The notes below the pieces were generated by a model that did no database searches, had not been told where the DNA came from, and saw only the letters and a program-made list of their open reading frames with translations. From contig JAZNEM010000113.1 in NCBI GenBank assembly GCA_045588595.1, forward strand, positions 1 through 45,858: a DNA stretch of 45,858 nt, read 5' to 3'. Both the position numbers and the translations under genes were made by a program. Below are positions 35,147-43,574 of the stretch, piece by piece (position 1 is the first letter of the stretch; every line of letters begins with the position of its first letter). Source of the DNA: Eubacteriales bacterium. GTDB lineage: Bacteria; Bacillota; Clostridia; Oscillospirales; CAG-272.

Positions 35147-35905
35147 TTAAAGCGAGTATATTATCTCCGCGATAGCACCACCGACCTTTTCGGTCGTTAT
35201 GCGGTCGGCAACCTTCTTCAAAGGTTCACAGGCATTTGCGACCGCGTAGCCGATATCTGCTTCCTTTATCATAGAAATATCGTTTTCGTAATCTCCCACG
35301 CAAATAAGAGTTTTTCTTCCGAGCATATTTGCGACCTTTCGGGCGGACGAGCCTTTGGATGAGGTCGCTTGTTGTATCTCAACGCCCGTTTTCCAGCTGC
35401 GAGATATCGCAAATTTCTCGGGGGTAAGAGCACATATGCGTTCAAGAATATCGTCGCAACGGTCAGGATCGATATGAAAGACTACTTTATATATTCCGTG
35501 TTGTGTAAAGCTTTTTATCTTGTCTGTCTCATGAGGCAAACAATATCTGATATCACCGATATTATCATGAGTAGGCAAAAATATTTTTTCTATATCCTCG
35601 TGCTTTTCACATATTTTTAGAATGGTTTCGATAATGTCGGCACTCATAATTTCTTCAAACAGCTTTTTTTTACTTTCAGCATCGTATATGAGTGCTCCAT
35701 TCATAGATATTATAGGCGCGTTAAGGTTTATGTTAGTAACGTTTTTATCTTTTAAAACGGTGGGAAATCGCCCCGTGGAAAGAGTGAATGCTCCGCCATG
35801 CTCTTGAAAATAACGTATTGCCTTGGCATCCATGTCCGATACCACATTTCTGAAAAGCGTTCCATCAAAATCCGAACACATGAGAATATCTGAGAAATCC
35901 TTCAT
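35147..35905 (-). CDS. Cof-type HAD-IIB family hydrolase
   Basis: 252 aa. CSDFDGTL (motif I), TGR (motif II) and GDYENDISM (motif IV). Confidence 0.8.
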   Translation of the reverse strand: MKDFSDILMCSDFDGTLFRNVVSDMDAKAIRYFQEHGGAFTLSTGRFPTVLKDKNVTNINLNAPIISMNGALIYDAESKKKLFEEIMSADIIETILKICEKHEDIEKIFLPTHDNIGDIRYCLPHETDKIKSFTQHGIYKVVFHIDPDRCDDILERICALTPEKFAISRSWKTGVEIQQATSSKGSSARKVANMLGRKTLICVGDYENDISMIKEADIGYAVANACEPLKKVADRITTEKVGGAIAEIIYSL

Positions 35906-35925
35906 TGGTTGACAGTCCTTTCATT

Positions 35926-36711
35926 TTAACCGAAGCGGCGGCTCTTTTGCGCGAATTCGGTGGGGGTTATGCCAACTACCGCTTTGAATACCTTGCAGAA
36001 ATAAGATGCGTTGGCAAATCCCGTAGAAACGGCTATATCTTCAATAGAACCGCCCGAGGAAACGAGAAGCTCCTTTGCTTTGTCTATTCTGATCTTTTGT
36101 ATATAGCGCGCAGGCGGCATATGGAATACAGCAAGGAAGATGCTGCGGTAATATGTCTCGCCGATACCGGACATTTTTGCAAGTGCGGGAGTATAGAGGT
36201 CTATTTTGTGATAGTTCTTTTCTATGTATTTTACCGAGCGGTGAATAAGCGGATATTTTCCGACTAAAGAATCTGCGCTTGACATGATGTTTGAAAGCTG
36301 AGTTATAAGGTCATAAAGTTCTGAGAGACATTTTGAACGGTATGCAGGTCCTTGAAGCTTCCAATAGAGCAACAGATTCTTTGACGAAGTGGCAATATCT
36401 CCCTCGCTATCTGAGTAAAATTCGCAAGGATAAAGAGTTTCTTCGTCTATAACGTCAAATTCAATTACCGTGCATTCGCCCTCTTCTTCAATCTGCATTT
36501 CATATTCGCAATTCGCAGGGAGAAAAAGAACGTGCTCCGCATCAGCGGTAAATACCTTGTTTCCGACATTATATTGGGTAGCTCCGCGATGCTTTAGAAT
36601 AAGCACGCAGTGTTCGCAGACCGCCTTCATTACCGTTTCTTCCTCTAAAGTATAGCTATATGCATCGCAGATCTGTGTGATGATAAGATTGGATATGTCA
36701 AATTTTTTCAT
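35926..36711 (-). CDS. AraC family transcriptional regulator
   Basis: 261 aa. C-terminal HTH GETYYRSIFLAVFHMPPARYIQKIRIDKAKELL...ASYFCKVFKAVVGITPTEF. Confidence 0.85.
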   Translation of the reverse strand: MKKFDISNLIITQICDAYSYTLEEETVMKAVCEHCVLILKHRGATQYNVGNKVFTADAEHVLFLPANCEYEMQIEEEGECTVIEFDVIDEETLYPCEFYSDSEGDIATSSKNLLLYWKLQGPAYRSKCLSELYDLITQLSNIMSSADSLVGKYPLIHRSVKYIEKNYHKIDLYTPALAKMSGIGETYYRSIFLAVFHMPPARYIQKIRIDKAKELLVSSGGSIEDIAVSTGFANASYFCKVFKAVVGITPTEFAQKSRRFG

Positions 36712-36787
36712 GCTTTTAAAAGCCTCCGATATGTATTTTATTTTTCAACACATAGATATTTAGAAAAAATCCTTATTTAACAAGGAT

Positions 36788-36816
36788 ATTGTATCATATA
36801 TGTCGATATTTGTCAA
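36788..36816 (-). promoter_or_regulatory. sigma-A type promoter for the AraC/HAD unit
   Basis: Minus strand reads TTGACA (rc of 36811-36816), a 17-nt spacer, then TACAAT (rc of 36788-36793). The palindrome ATCCTT-ATTTAAC-AAGGAT (36769-36787) abuts the -10 element on its downstream side. Confidence 0.5.
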
Positions 36817-36879
36817 TCGGAAAAGCAAATTTTAGAGTGTTGATTTTTGTAGAGAAACTTATTCCTTCAAAATGTGAAA

Positions 36880-37036
36880 ATTGATTTACAATAACACAGA
36901 GGACAGTTCTGTGTGTAAAGCACACACAAAACCGTCCCGCTGCGGTGGTGAAGTTTTCAAAAGTCATATCGGTCTATAGCTAAAACCCTTTTTTTGTTTT
37001 CTTTTGCATACTTTTCTTTTTCAAAAGAAAAGTATG
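36880..37036 (+). repeat. partial mosaic-repeat copy (two short hairpins, linker-like segment, H4) abutting the PTS stop codon
   Basis: ACACAGA-GGACAGT-TCTGTGT and GTGTG-TAAAG-CACAC hairpins. GTGAAGTTTTCAAAAGTCATATCGGTCTATAGC resembles the AGAACTTCACCCAAAAAGTCTTATACGTAGCC linker of copy A. H4-type palindrome CATACTTTTCTTTT-TC-AAAAGAAAAGTATG ends 1 nt before the TTA stop at 37037. Confidence 0.6.
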
Positions 37037-38665
37037 TTAAATTCCCATATATTCCTCAAGCTCGCTCTTAATTACCGAGACTCTCGGACCGTAGATTACC
37101 TGAACGCCGCTTCCGCTCTTGATAACTCCCGCAGCACCGCTTGATTTTAGCGTTGCATCGGAGATTTTTTCGATATCCTTTACAGTCACACGCAATCGTG
37201 TTGCGCAGCAGTCAATGCTAACGACGTTTTCCTTGCCGCCTAAACCTTCGAGTATAAGCGCGCTCGTTTGTTCACCGCTTGATGCTTCCGAAGCTTTCTT
37301 TTCGTTATAGTCGGCGCGTGTATAGAGTTTCGTTTCCTCAAGGTCGTCCTCACGTCCAGGCGTGACGTAATCGAGCTTTCTTATCATAAATCTGAAAAGG
37401 AAGAAATAGATGATAAAGTAAGCTACACCTACAAGAGGTATCATTATCCAGTTGGTTTTTTCGTTGCCTTGAAGTACACCGAAGAGGAAGAAGTCTATAA
37501 GACCGCCCGAAAATGTCATTCCGACGCCAACGTTCAAGGCGTGCATGAGCATATAGGAAAGACCTGCAAGTATCGAGTGGATAACGTAAAGCACGGGCGC
37601 AACGAAAAGAAAAGTGAATTCGATAGGCTCGGTGATACCTGTGAGCATTGCGGTAAGAGCCGCGGAGAGAAGCAGACCCCCCGCTACTTTTTTCTTTGAA
37701 TCCTTTGCACAGCTATACATTGCAAGAGCCGCTGCGGGCAGACCAAATATCATAAACGGGAATTTTCCGCTCATAAATCTCGTTGCGGATACCGAGAACT
37801 GCGTTGTAGTGCTTGACGCAAGCTCGGCAAAGAAGATGTTTTGTGCTCCGAATATACGAACTCCCTCGATTATCGCAGAGCCTCCGACTCCCGTTTGCCA
37901 GAAAGGAAGATAGAACACGTGATGAAGTCCAAAGGGAATGAGAATACGCTCGATAAAACCGTAGATAAGAGTTCCCGCGTAGCCCGATCTCAAAACGAGG
38001 TCACCAAGCGCGTAGATACCATTTTGCACCAAGGGCCAGACAAAGAACATGAGAACACCGACGAGGATATATACGGTTGTAGAAATGATAGGGACAAAAC
38101 GCGTTCCACCGAAAAATGAGATGACGGTGGGAAGCTTTATCTTGTAAGTTCTGTTATGCAAGAACGCAACGCCGAGCCCGACTATGATACCGCCGAAAAC
38201 GCCCATCTGTAAGGATTCGATGCCTACGACGTTTGCGACAGTACCTTCCTGCATAACGCCCTCTTCAAGCTTGCCGCTTATTGAGAGAAGCGCGTTTATT
38301 GTTTTGTGCATAACGAAAAAGGCAATAGCGGCAGAAAGAGTTGCCGTACCCTTTTCCGCTTGCGCCATACCGAGCGCGACACCCAGTGCAAAAAGAAGGG
38401 GAAGATTGTCGAAAATAACGCTTCCGACAGAAGAAAGAACGGTAAAGATGGAATAAAGCAGAGTACCCTCGCCCATTATGCCCGTAAGCCCGTAGGCTTC
38501 AAGCATGGACGCATTGGTAAGCGACGCGCCTACCCCGAGTAAAAGTCCCGCTATGGGTAAGAGCGCGATAGGAAGCATAAAGGCACGTCCAACGCGTTGA
38601 AGTACGCCAAAGGAATTGCCTTTGCGTTCCTTTTTTTGTTTTTTGTTTTTAACAGCTTCTGACAT
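37037..38665 (-). CDS. PTS transporter subunit EIICB, glucose/GlcNAc/maltose family
   Basis: Polytopic EIIC followed by an EIIB domain with the phosphocysteine motif IDCCATRLRV. The likely start is the ATG at 38663-38665 (MSEAVKNKK, AAAGGAG SD) rather than the track start at 38746. Confidence 0.85.
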   Translation of the reverse strand: MSEAVKNKKQKKERKGNSFGVLQRVGRAFMLPIALLPIAGLLLGVGASLTNASMLEAYGLTGIMGEGTLLYSIFTVLSSVGSVIFDNLPLLFALGVALGMAQAEKGTATLSAAIAFFVMHKTINALLSISGKLEEGVMQEGTVANVVGIESLQMGVFGGIIVGLGVAFLHNRTYKIKLPTVISFFGGTRFVPIISTTVYILVGVLMFFVWPLVQNGIYALGDLVLRSGYAGTLIYGFIERILIPFGLHHVFYLPFWQTGVGGSAIIEGVRIFGAQNIFFAELASSTTTQFSVSATRFMSGKFPFMIFGLPAAALAMYSCAKDSKKKVAGGLLLSAALTAMLTGITEPIEFTFLFVAPVLYVIHSILAGLSYMLMHALNVGVGMTFSGGLIDFFLFGVLQGNEKTNWIMIPLVGVAYFIIYFFLFRFMIRKLDYVTPGREDDLEETKLYTRADYNEKKASEASSGEQTSALILEGLGGKENVVSIDCCATRLRVTVKDIEKISDATLKSSGAAGVIKSGSGVQVIYGPRVSVIKSELEEYMGI

Positions 38666-38764
38666 AAAGTTCTCCTTTTGAGGATATTTCTTCATACAAA
38701 TATTGTGGCGGATATAGGAAAACTTATTCAAAAATTTTATTGTCACGCAAAATTCATTTTTATA

Positions 38765-38793
38765 TTGACAAAATAAAAAATATGTTGTATAGT
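38765..38793 (+). promoter_or_regulatory. sigma-A type promoter for the SGNH-DUF2156-GNAT operon
   Basis: TTGACA (38765-38770), a 17-nt spacer, then TATAGT (38788-38793). Confidence 0.6.
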
Positions 38794-38825
38794 ATTTTTA
38801 ATAAAAATAGGGAGATTTTATAACT

Positions 38826-39497
38826 ATGAAAGATATAATGAATGAAAACAACGTATCAGCTGAAAATCAGCTTCCGCGCCATGAAAGCGCATTTTATATG
38901 GGAAAAGCCAACGCAAAAAAACATTTGCTTATAGTGGGTAATTCTATAACTCTTCACTTTCCAAAAGCAGATATCGGCTGGTATGGTAAATGGGGAATGG
39001 CGGCATCGGCACAGGACAAGGATTATGTACATCTCTTGCAGAAAAAGCTCGATGATAGCGGTAAAGACGTGCTTACAATGGTTCGTCAGATAGCTACGTG
39101 GGAGTGCGGATTTGCGGAGGACGGAGCACTTAACGATTACAGTATAGAGCATGAGTTCGGTGCGGACGTTGTAATATTCCGTGCGGGAGAGAACGTGCCA
39201 AAGGAATCGGATATGGCGTTATTTGAAGATAGGCTTCGTGATTTTATCTCACATATCGCGCCAAAAAAAGTTATCTTTACTTCGACCGTATGGGAATCCG
39301 AGCTAAAAAACACACCTATTAGAAATATAGCCGCCGAGAGAGGAGAGCCGTTTATCGATCTTACCGAGATAGGCAGACACGACGAGTATATGGCGATAGG
39401 ACTTTTTGAGCATAAAGGAGTGGCTATTCATCCCGGGGATAAGGGAATGGAATATATTGCTGATAGAATATTTGAAGTATTGAAGGATATTATATGA
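38826..39497 (+). CDS. SGNH/GDSL-type hydrolase family protein
   Basis: 223 aa. Block I LLIVGNSIT (catalytic Ser) and a C-terminal HPGDKGM block (Asp/His region). Confidence 0.7.
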   Translation: MKDIMNENNVSAENQLPRHESAFYMGKANAKKHLLIVGNSITLHFPKADIGWYGKWGMAASAQDKDYVHLLQKKLDDSGKDVLTMVRQIATWECGFAEDGALNDYSIEHEFGADVVIFRAGENVPKESDMALFEDRLRDFISHIAPKKVIFTSTVWESELKNTPIRNIAAERGEPFIDLTEIGRHDEYMAIGLFEHKGVAIHPGDKGMEYIADRIFEVLKDII

Positions 39498-40423
39498 TAC
39501 AGACGAAAACAATGATAGATTTCAAGAGAATAGAGCTTTCGGACAAGCCGCTTTACGATAGCTATCTTGAAAAAGAGACGGAGCGCGGCTGTGAGTTCTC
39601 TTTTGCTAATCTTTATTTATGGGGAAGACAGAGCTTTGCACAGGTACACGGACATATCGTGATATTCTCGCAGTTCAACAGAAGAAGCGTTTATCCGTAT
39701 CCTTTGGGAAGCGGAGACAAAAAAGCCGTTCTTGATGCTATTATAGAGGACTCAAGAGCGAGAGGGATACCGTGTCGCATAACGGGAGTTAACGCGGAGG
39801 GTAGACGTACAATAGAGGAACTGTATCCCGACAGATTCCGCTTTCACTGTGACGAGGGAAGCTTTGATTACGTCTATTCGATAGACGACCTTGCAGAGCT
39901 TGCGGGAAAGAAATATCACTCCAAAAGGAATCACCTTAACCGCTTTTATGAAAGCTTCCCGAACTATTCCGTTGAACCTCTTTGCGATAAAAATATTGAA
40001 AAAGTCAAAGAAATGGTTAATGAATGGTACGAGGACAAGCTTGCGCAAGACCCTAACGGAGACTATCACATGGAAAGAGCGGCAATAGAGAGGGCGTTCA
40101 GGGATCATAAGACACTCGAAATGGACGGACTTGTTTTGCTTGACGGAGAAAACGTTCTTGCGATAACGCTTGGCGGTAAGCTTTCATCGGATACCTTTGA
40201 CGTAAATTTTGAAAAGGCGCGTGCGGGTGTGAACGGCGCGTACGCCGCGATAAACAACGAGTTCGCAAAATATATAAGAGAAAAATATCCGAATATAAAA
40301 TACCTAGACCGCGAGGAAGATATGGGTCTTGAGGGGTTGCGCAAGGCAAAAAAGAGCTATTATCCTCACCACATGATAGAAAAATGCTGGGCGTGTCTTT
40401 TGGAGGACGGATATGATTATTGA
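39494..40423 (+). CDS. DUF2156 domain protein (free-standing homologue of the MprF aminoacyl-phosphatidylglycerol synthase C-terminal domain)
   Basis: 309 aa. CEFSFANLYLWG, GKKYHSKRNHLNRF and REEDMGLEGLRKAKKSYYPHHM are the characteristic DUF2156 blocks. ATGA overlap with the SGNH gene. Confidence 0.8.
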   Translation: MIQTKTMIDFKRIELSDKPLYDSYLEKETERGCEFSFANLYLWGRQSFAQVHGHIVIFSQFNRRSVYPYPLGSGDKKAVLDAIIEDSRARGIPCRITGVNAEGRRTIEELYPDRFRFHCDEGSFDYVYSIDDLAELAGKKYHSKRNHLNRFYESFPNYSVEPLCDKNIEKVKEMVNEWYEDKLAQDPNGDYHMERAAIERAFRDHKTLEMDGLVLLDGENVLAITLGGKLSSDTFDVNFEKARAGVNGAYAAINNEFAKYIREKYPNIKYLDREEDMGLEGLRKAKKSYYPHHMIEKCWACLLEDGYDY

Positions 40424-41180
40424 TGCGCCGAATCACGAGCAGATATCGGAATTGCGAGAACTTTGGAAAGAAAATTTCGGAGATACGGATGAATTTTTAG
40501 ATGGCTTTTTTGGTTTAGCGTTTTCCAAAAGCCGTTGCCGTTGCGCAAGCGTTGATGGCAAAGTCGTCGCATCACTTTATTGGTTTGATTGTGAGTATGA
40601 CGGCAAGCGTGTGGCGTATTTGTATGCTATCTCGACATCTGTTTCCCAAAGAGGAAAGGGAATATGCTCCGAACTTATGAGAGATACACACGCTCATCTT
40701 GAAAGTCAAGGATACGCCTTGTCGATTCTCGTTCCCGCAACGAAACCGCTGTTTTCATTTTATGAAAGGCTCGGATACGTTACTTTTTCATCGGTGTCGG
40801 AAGAGCTTGTTTGCGCTTCTTCTGAAAAGATAGACCTTGAGCGTATAGACTCAAAGGAATACGGAACATTAAGAAAAAAGATGCTTCCCGAGCACAGCGT
40901 TATTCAAGAGGGTGAAAATCTTGCATTTTTGAATATTTTAGCGGATCTTTATAAATGCAACGGAGCTATGTTTGCAGTTCAAAAGGGAAATGATACTGAG
41001 ACTTTACGTGTAGTCGAGCTTTTTGGAGATGTATCCCTTGTGCCGAGAATTGTTTCTACACTTGGTTATAAAAACGGAAGTATCAGAACGATTGGAAAAG
41101 AAAGAGATTTTGCTATGTGCTTAACATTTGGAGAGTACAAAGCGAATCTGCCTAAATATTTCGGAATAGCGTTTGACTGA
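40413..41180 (+). CDS. GNAT family N-acetyltransferase with C-terminal extension
   Basis: 255 aa. Acetyl-CoA motif A SQRGKGICSELM. The start overlaps the DUF2156 gene by 11 nt. GGAGGA SD. Confidence 0.75.
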   Translation: MIIDAPNHEQISELRELWKENFGDTDEFLDGFFGLAFSKSRCRCASVDGKVVASLYWFDCEYDGKRVAYLYAISTSVSQRGKGICSELMRDTHAHLESQGYALSILVPATKPLFSFYERLGYVTFSSVSEELVCASSEKIDLERIDSKEYGTLRKKMLPEHSVIQEGENLAFLNILADLYKCNGAMFAVQKGNDTETLRVVELFGDVSLVPRIVSTLGYKNGSIRTIGKERDFAMCLTFGEYKANLPKYFGIAFD

Positions 41181-41193
41181 TTTTTTATGAATC

Positions 41194-41226
41194 AAAAAGA
41201 CGAGTTGATTTTATCAACTCGTCTTT
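41194..41226. terminator. bidirectional intrinsic terminator between convergent genes
   Basis: AAAAAGACGAGTTGA-TTTTA-TCAACTCGTCTTT forms a 12-13-bp stem flanked by an A-run and a T-run. Confidence 0.8.
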
Positions 41227-41230
41227 GGTT

Positions 41231-42601
41231 TTAAAGCTCGTTTATTATATTTCTCGCGACGTGGACACCGCTTGCCGAAGCGTGCGAGAGCGAGTGTGTG
41301 ATACCGCTTCCGTCACCGATTATATAAAGTCCCTTATGGCAGGATTCAAGTTTATCGTTAACGTCTACTTCCATGTTATAGAACTTGACTTCAACGCCGT
41401 AAAGAAGCGTGTCGTCGTTTGCCGTACCCGGAGCGACTTTGTCAAGTGCATATATCATTTCGATTATGCCGTCGAGTATTCTTTTGGGAAGTACGAGGCT
41501 AAGATCTCCCGCAGTCGCCTTTAAGGTAGGCGTCATGAAAGCCTCGTCTATACGGCTCTGAGTTGAGCGTTGACCTCTGATGAGGTCGCCGAAGCGCTGA
41601 ACGATAACTCCACCGCCAAGCATATTGCTGAGTCGTGCGATAGATTCGCCGTAGCCGTTCGAATCCTTAAAGGGCTCGGAAAAATGCTTTGCAACGAGAA
41701 GCGCGAAGTTAGTATTTTCGGTCTGCTTTGAGGGGTCTTCGTAGCTATGACCGTTTACCGTAATGATACCATTGGTGTTTTCATTTACGACAGCACCCTT
41801 GGGGTTCATACAGAACGTACGCACTCTGTCACCGTATTTCTGTGTGCGATAAACTATCTTGCTCTCGTAGAGCTCATCGGTAATATGAGAAAATACCTCG
41901 TAAGGAAGCTCGACACGAACACCTATATCGACTCGATTTGAGCGAGTGGGGATAGAAAGTTCGTTGCATATCTTTTCCATCCACTTACTTCCTATTCTTC
42001 CAACCGAAATGACACATTTTTGGCAGGTGTAGGAATCATCCTTGCAGTTGATACGATAACCGCCGTCGATAATTTCCACAGAATCAACGGGAGTATCAAA
42101 GAAGAAATCAACTTTGTTTTTCAAGTCGTTGTAGAGGTTTTCAAGTACAATGTAGTTTATGTCCGTTCCAAGATGACGGACAGATGCATTCAAAAGGTGA
42201 AGGTCGTGAGTGATGCACTCTTTTTTAAAAGAAGAACCTGTCGTAGAGTATAGCTTTGTGCCCTCACCACCATATGCCATATTTATATCGTCAACGTACT
42301 TCATAAGCTCAATGGCTTGTGCCTTACCTATATATTCGTGTAACGTGCCGCCAAAGTCATTAGTGATGTTGTATTTACCATCGGAAAAAGCTCCCGCACC
42401 GCCAAAGCCGCTCATAATAGAACAGTTTTTGCAGGTTATACAGCTTTTTACCTTATTTCCGTCGATAGGACAGCGGCGCTTGTCAAGTGCGTGACCTGCT
42501 TCAAAAACGCCTACCTTTATATTTGAATTTACCTTTGTTAATTCATATGCCGAGAAAATACCGCCGGGACCAGCTCCGATAATTATAACGTCGTAGTTCA
42601 T
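41231..42601 (-). CDS. FAD-dependent oxidoreductase (uncharacterised COG2509-like dehydrogenase)
   Basis: 456 aa. N-terminal dinucleotide fold DVIIIGAGPGGIFSAYEL and a C-terminal GDGSGITHSLSHASASG block. Confidence 0.7.
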   Translation of the reverse strand: MNYDVIIIGAGPGGIFSAYELTKVNSNIKVGVFEAGHALDKRRCPIDGNKVKSCITCKNCSIMSGFGGAGAFSDGKYNITNDFGGTLHEYIGKAQAIELMKYVDDINMAYGGEGTKLYSTTGSSFKKECITHDLHLLNASVRHLGTDINYIVLENLYNDLKNKVDFFFDTPVDSVEIIDGGYRINCKDDSYTCQKCVISVGRIGSKWMEKICNELSIPTRSNRVDIGVRVELPYEVFSHITDELYESKIVYRTQKYGDRVRTFCMNPKGAVVNENTNGIITVNGHSYEDPSKQTENTNFALLVAKHFSEPFKDSNGYGESIARLSNMLGGGVIVQRFGDLIRGQRSTQSRIDEAFMTPTLKATAGDLSLVLPKRILDGIIEMIYALDKVAPGTANDDTLLYGVEVKFYNMEVDVNDKLESCHKGLYIIGDGSGITHSLSHASASGVHVARNIINEL

Positions 42602-42711
42602 ATTGATATCCTCCGAAAGAAAAGAATTTACTCCTTTATTATAACATAATTTTTTTGAGTTTACAATCGTTTGAAAAAAGAAATTTCAATTTTATTAAAA
42701 AATAAAGGTCA

Positions 42712-43392
42712 TCAGAAGTATTTTTTTAGAGGCAATTTGTCGTTAAACACCCATATTTTTTCGAGTATTTTTGCAAACATTCGAATGAGTGTGCCGTTTA
42801 ACAGAGCGCAAGCGACAGTGCCTACGTTGATACCCTCAAAATGCCACAATCCGAAAAACGCAAAGGAAAGAATAATTGCTATAAGACAGCTTGAGCAATC
42901 GTATATCGTTTTGAATTTATGTATGTTGATGTTGTATTTTGCTGAAATTTCCTTTACAAAAAGCTCGTATGCCTCGGGGGAAATATAGGTGTGGAAGAGC
43001 AGAGCAACACCGCAAGAGCATAAAAGCATACCAAAAATATAAAAAACTATCCTTACGATCATCGTATTAAAGGGAATAAACGAAATAAGAGTGATCGAGC
43101 CATCTAACATAAGACCGTATATTACAGCCGTTACAAGTGAGAAAAGATAAGATAGCTTCGCCTTGCGCAAGAATATCACCATGCACAGAAGAATGACCGC
43201 TTGAAGTGTGTATTCAGCCATACCGAAGCTGAAAAACGGCAGAAATTCAGATATTTTCAAATGAAGAATATAGGCAGGCGCAACTACCATGGAAACACCG
43301 AGATCCGCGCGCTCCATAAAAGCTGTTCCTATGGCCAAGATCAATATTCCAAAAACGTATGAAAGCTCGGTGTAAAATACTCTTTTTTTCAT
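42712..43392 (-). CDS. polytopic membrane protein (YczE/YitT-like, function unknown)
   Basis: 226 aa, about 6 hydrophobic helices. AAGGAGAG SD. Confidence 0.6.
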   Translation of the reverse strand: MKKRVFYTELSYVFGILILAIGTAFMERADLGVSMVVAPAYILHLKISEFLPFFSFGMAEYTLQAVILLCMVIFLRKAKLSYLFSLVTAVIYGLMLDGSITLISFIPFNTMIVRIVFYIFGMLLCSCGVALLFHTYISPEAYELFVKEISAKYNINIHKFKTIYDCSSCLIAIILSFAFFGLWHFEGINVGTVACALLNGTLIRMFAKILEKIWVFNDKLPLKKYF

Positions 43393-43574
43393 AGGCTCTC
43401 CTTAAAATGAAAACAACAACCTACCGTGTTTGATATAGAAACACGAAAAGTTGTACGAGAGTATTATATACTATATTGCAAAATTTGTCAAGATATATCT
43501 TGTTTTTATGTGCAAAATATGATATACTAACAATTGATATTTGCATACCGTTTTTCGAAAGGAGGAGCTATAAC

